Source: Mycoplasmoides pneumoniae FH (GTDB lineage Bacteria; Bacillota_I; Bacilli_A; Mycoplasmatales; Mycoplasmoidaceae). Taken from it: a stretch of DNA of 32,000 nt. The stretch lies in the NCBI RefSeq assembly GCF_001272835.1, contig NZ_CP010546.1, positions 362,809 to 394,808 of the forward strand, in the 5' to 3' direction. The position numbers were made by a program, and so were the translations under genes. Under the pieces are notes generated by a model. That model made no database searches, was not told the DNA's origin, and saw only the letters and a list, made by a program, of their open reading frames with translations. Below, piece by piece: positions 28,428-32,000 of this stretch (position 1 is its first letter; each line of letters begins with the position of its first letter).

Positions 28428-30778
28428 GTGTTAGCTAGAAGAGGACGACGGCAAAAGAGTGCTGTAGGACTTACTTATTTTGCTTACCTTGCACAGCAAA
28501 CACTCCGCAGCAAAACCTGCTGGGTGATGTTTGTGCTGTTGATGCTGGCGTTAGTGATGCTGTTCATTGTTCAATCGAGCACCAACGTGATTGCGCTTTG
28601 AACAAACAATGTCTTTCAGTTTTCACTCATCTTAATACCGTTAGTGACACTGTTAGCGGGCAGTATTACCGCTGACATCTTTATTGAAGGGTACAACAAC
28701 GGGATTGAGCTGTTCTTGTTCTCTAAACCTATTAGCCGTGACCGCATTTTGCTCATTAAGTTACTAGTGCTGTTAATGTACTTGAGTATTGTAGCCGTAC
28801 TATCCACTGCTGTAGTGAGCTTGGGTTACTTTACGCGCAATGAGATTGAGAGTTATTTAGATGATTTAGCTTTAAGTATCTTTGTCGGTACCATTTTAAA
28901 CGGCATTATCTTTAGCGCTGTAACTATTATGTTAGCCACGCGCTTTAGCAACATCCAGAGCTTAATCATTTTGCTCTTGTTTGTGTCGTTGTTTAGCTTT
29001 TCCTCACCAATTGCGCGGTTAATCTTCGACACGCCTGCTAAAATGTTGAGCCAACAAGGTTACAGCGTTCGCCAAATTAACGGAATTGCGCACAGCGAAA
29101 GCCCTAATGTAGAGCGTAAAATTTACGTTTCGGTCAAAAAGCGGCGTTTAACTGGGGTGGATCGCGAAGAAAAAGAGCTTTGAAAGAGTGATGAGCAAGC
29201 AGCACTGCGTGGTAGAAATTTGTATGAGGAGGCACAACGAACCTCCTCTTACATTAATTCCTTTTACACCAACATTGGTTACTTATTTGGCTCGCTTTAC
29301 CGCTTGGGTGCGTTAGCTGATGAAAATAACTTTGATGCATCAGTAGCAACCCAAAACACCAAAATTCGCTTTGGTAAGTTAGTTGATTTAGATAAGAGTA
29401 CTGACATTATTGGTTATCGCACTAAAGACCGCTTTGGCCGTTTCTTTCGCTTTCACTTGCGCTTTCCAACGCTCAACTTTAAGCAAAGCTTGAGTAACAG
29501 CGGCGTTTTCTTTATCAATAAACGGGGATTAGTTAAAGCTACTTTTAGTGCTGGCGATGATGCCTTTAAACGTGACCCGAAGATAATGCAAAAGGTGTTT
29601 GACACTTTTCTAGAAAGTTTTAGTTGATTTTTAGACAAGAAAATTAACCGCCGGATTGCCAGAATTTACGCTGAAAGTGATAACAAGGGTAGTCCTTTCC
29701 CAAAGGAAGGAGATGATGAAAATGCTAAGGGGGATGACAACAGTAGTGAAAAAACGGATACAGTCTCTGTATCAACTAAGTTAAAAACAACTGCTGATCA
29801 ATCTGAAAGTACTCAGATGTCTAGTGAAAGCACTGCCACCGGTATTTCTAGTGATCCCCAAAGTCAGGGCAAAATGAACAACAAAAGTGAGGAACAAAAA
29901 AAGAAAGAAAAAGAACTCACTTGACAAATCTACCGTGATATTAAGTTTCTCAATTCCATTTATTTCTTACAGGTAAATAACGAACGTTTGTGGGACAATG
30001 TAGCTTTTTTAAATAAAGTGAACGCTGAAGACCAAAACGGGGATAAAAACCAGTTTGCCCAAGCAATGGCATCACTCAATAAGCAAATTAACATGTTTTA
30101 CGTGTTGAATGAAATTACCAACAAGGAACACAATTTGCCAACTAAATACGGTGCTTATTCTGATCAATTAAAAAAGGTCATAAACGAAAACTTTGAAAAG
30201 ATAGAAAATAAGAAAAAGGAGATAGAGGAAAAACAAAATAAAGAATTTCAGGAAAACAAGAATGGTGCATCAAATAATCAAGACACAAAGCAAGACGCAC
30301 AAAAAGGTGATACCAATACCCAAAGCACTGAGTTAAAAGCTCGTCAAGCACAACAAGTGCAAAAGGATCAACAAAATGACAGTAAAGGCAATACTGCTAC
30401 AAACAGTGATACTGGTAAATCGGACAATAAAACCGATACCACTGAAGATGAAAAAAACACATATAAACCCTTAACAGCTAGGGAGAAAAAACCAAAATTA
30501 AGGAGCTTACTAAGGACATCTTCTTCTCTACAGCGCAGAACTATTTGTTCTTAGTGCAAGGTGGGTATAACAACAAGTTGTTTGCTGGTGGTTTACCAGA
30601 GCTCCACCAACGCTTCTTGTCAGACGTAGTGGTTGATTTCTCTGAGGAAAAACTCGTTTATGAAGTACAAGGTGAACCGATTGTATCCAGTGTAGCCACC
30701 ATTGTGATTACCCTATTTTTAACAGTTGTTTTATTAGCTATTGCCTTTTTCTTCTTTAAATACCGCAACGTTAAATAG
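28428..30778 (+). pseudogene. Large permease-like membrane protein of the adjacent ABC system (MPN333 position), with the frame broken at an A-run near 30486-30491
   Basis: GTG 28428 follows an in-frame TAA. Track ORFs 28644..29183, 29220..29627 and 29988..30554 share a frame and are joined by TGA codons. That frame then ends in ...REKKPKLRSLLRTSSSLQRRTICS*, while the -1-shifted frame (open from 30482) reads GEKTKIKELTKDIFFSTAQNYLFLVQGGYNNKL...TM helix...KYRNVK* (track ORF 30545..30778). The span is 2351 nt (3n+2). Confidence 0.7.
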
Positions 30779-30780
30779 TT

Positions 30781-31761
30781 ATGTCTGTTACACCAATTGT
30801 TGAAGTTAAACATTTAGAAAAGGAATTTGGTTTTTGACGCAAAAACCGTATCTTAAAGGATGTGAATTTTGCCATTATGCCCGGTGAGTTCCATGCCTTT
30901 ATTGGTCAAAATGGTGCGGGGAAAACTACCACCATTAAGTGTTTAATTTCATCTTATCAGCGCTTTAAGGACGAAATTAACATCGATGGCATTAGCAATA
31001 AAAACGCCAAGTCTAAGGGTGTAATTAGTTATATCCCTGAATATGCTGTGTTTCCCAAACACCTCAATACCCATGAATACCTCTACACGTTGGGTAAACT
31101 GTCAGGTTGTAGTTTGCAAACCATTAAGGAAAAGGTTGATTACTGACTAGCACGTTTTCAAATTGAACACCTCCGCTTTAAAAAGCCAAATGACTTTTCT
31201 TCTGGACAAAAGAAAAAGGTTTTATTAATCCAGGCCTTATTTAATGATCCCAAGCTGTTAATCATGGATGAGCCCACTGCTAACTTAGATCCCAAAACAC
31301 GTAATGAGTTTATGGATGTGTGTTACGAACTTAATGTACGTAACAAGATGGCGGTGTTTGTTTCATCCCATATTTTGGCTGAATTGGAAAACTATTGTGA
31401 TTCGCTCACTGTTATTCATGAAGGGCAAATTCTTTTTAATGGCAAAACAAAGAACATTGCCAAAGACAACTTTGGTTACCGTTTAAAGGTTAACCATTCC
31501 GATAGTTTACGTAAGTGATTAAAAGCACAAAAAATTGCTTACAAGTATTTCCCTGCAACCGATGACTTTCAAGTTGACTTAAAACAAGAGCAATCCAACA
31601 AATTTGCAGTTGAGCTTTACCAACAACCTGACTTTGAGGTATTTATTTTTGCACGACAAGGCAACTCGTTGCAAAACATTTACAATAACCTAATTGAGCA
31701 ATACGAGTACGATCAAGCCCAGCGTGCTGTTGCTATCCGTGAACAAGATGAAGCTGTTTAA
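30781..31761 (+). CDS. ABC transporter ATP-binding protein (326 aa)
   Basis: Walker A GQNGAGKTT, signature FSSGQKKK, Walker B LLIMDEPTANLD and H-loop SSHIL. Track ORFs 30862..31146 and 31264..31518 are joined and extended through TGA codons to TAA 31759-31761. Confidence 0.92.
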
Positions 31762-32000
31762 AAATTGAAGCGATGTTAACAACGTTAAACAACGGCAACT
31801 TTTACTAGCTTACTTCCGTTTTATCTTAAAACAGACCGTTAAATCTTGACTTTTATGAGTTACTGCTGGACTAGTACTGTTTTTACTGGCTTTAGTGCTG
31901 TTAATCATCCCCGCTTTCACCAAACAAGATCCTTTGTTTTTGTGATCACACCCAGTGGTGCAAATGTCGAGTTTAATCATTCCTTTCATTGCTCTGTTTG
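31748..32000 (+). CDS. Second ABC permease-like membrane protein, 5' part (runs off the right edge)
   Basis: ATG 31748 overlaps the ATPase end by 14 nt. MKLFKNWSDVNNVKQRQLLLAYFRFILKQTVKSWLLWVTAGLVLFLLALVLLIIPAF... resembles the N-terminus of the 28428 gene (basic stretch followed by TM1). Confidence 0.7.

Noticed and set aside
1-32000. A search for mobile elements, RepMP-type repeats, CRISPR arrays, restriction-modification, toxin-antitoxin or other defence or novel multi-gene systems
   Set aside because: Every ORF above about 90 codons is accounted for by housekeeping, organelle or transporter genes in the expected M. pneumoniae order. There are no transposase or integrase motifs, no arrays of spaced repeats, and no compositional break that I could perceive.

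Overview
The window reads as a Mycoplasma (Mycoplasmoides) pneumoniae-type chromosome segment: about 40% GC, with UGA read as Trp (genetic code 4). I recognise the proteins and gene order from memory as colinear with MPN309-MPN335; I could not run any search. The supplied ORF track uses the standard code, so almost every gene is chopped at in-frame TGA codons. I rejoined the pieces, so my coordinates differ from the track.

Left to right:
- The 3' part of p65, then hmw2, p41 and p24 (terminal/attachment-organelle operon).
- One small minus-strand membrane-protein gene and a lone tRNA-Arg.
- The minimal dcw cluster: mraZ, rsmH, an ftsA-like gene and ftsZ.
- Two tandem paralogous APC-type permeases.
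- A dNTP-supply operon: thyA, folA, nrdF, nrdI, nrdE.
- rplU, prp, rpmA, nfo, a fur-like gene and a conserved hypothetical gene.
- tig, then lon preceded by a perfect CIRCE operator.
- An ABC system: a large permease-like protein, the ATPase, and the start of a second permease.

I see no transposase, IS element, CRISPR array, prophage or recognisable defence or toxin system, and no convincing undescribed multi-gene system.

The points most worth a second look:
1. ftsZ is broken by a 1-nt frameshift.
2. The large ABC permease-like gene is broken at a short A-run.
3. Four AAAGTG(G/T) boxes at exact 10-nt spacing abut the mraZ start.
4. A CIRCE element overlaps the tig stop codon.
5. A roughly 490-nt non-coding region rich in repeats and palindromes lies upstream of thyA.

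Coordinates anchored on the ORF track are reliable. Small-motif coordinates read by eye may be off by 1-2 nt, especially next to homopolymers.
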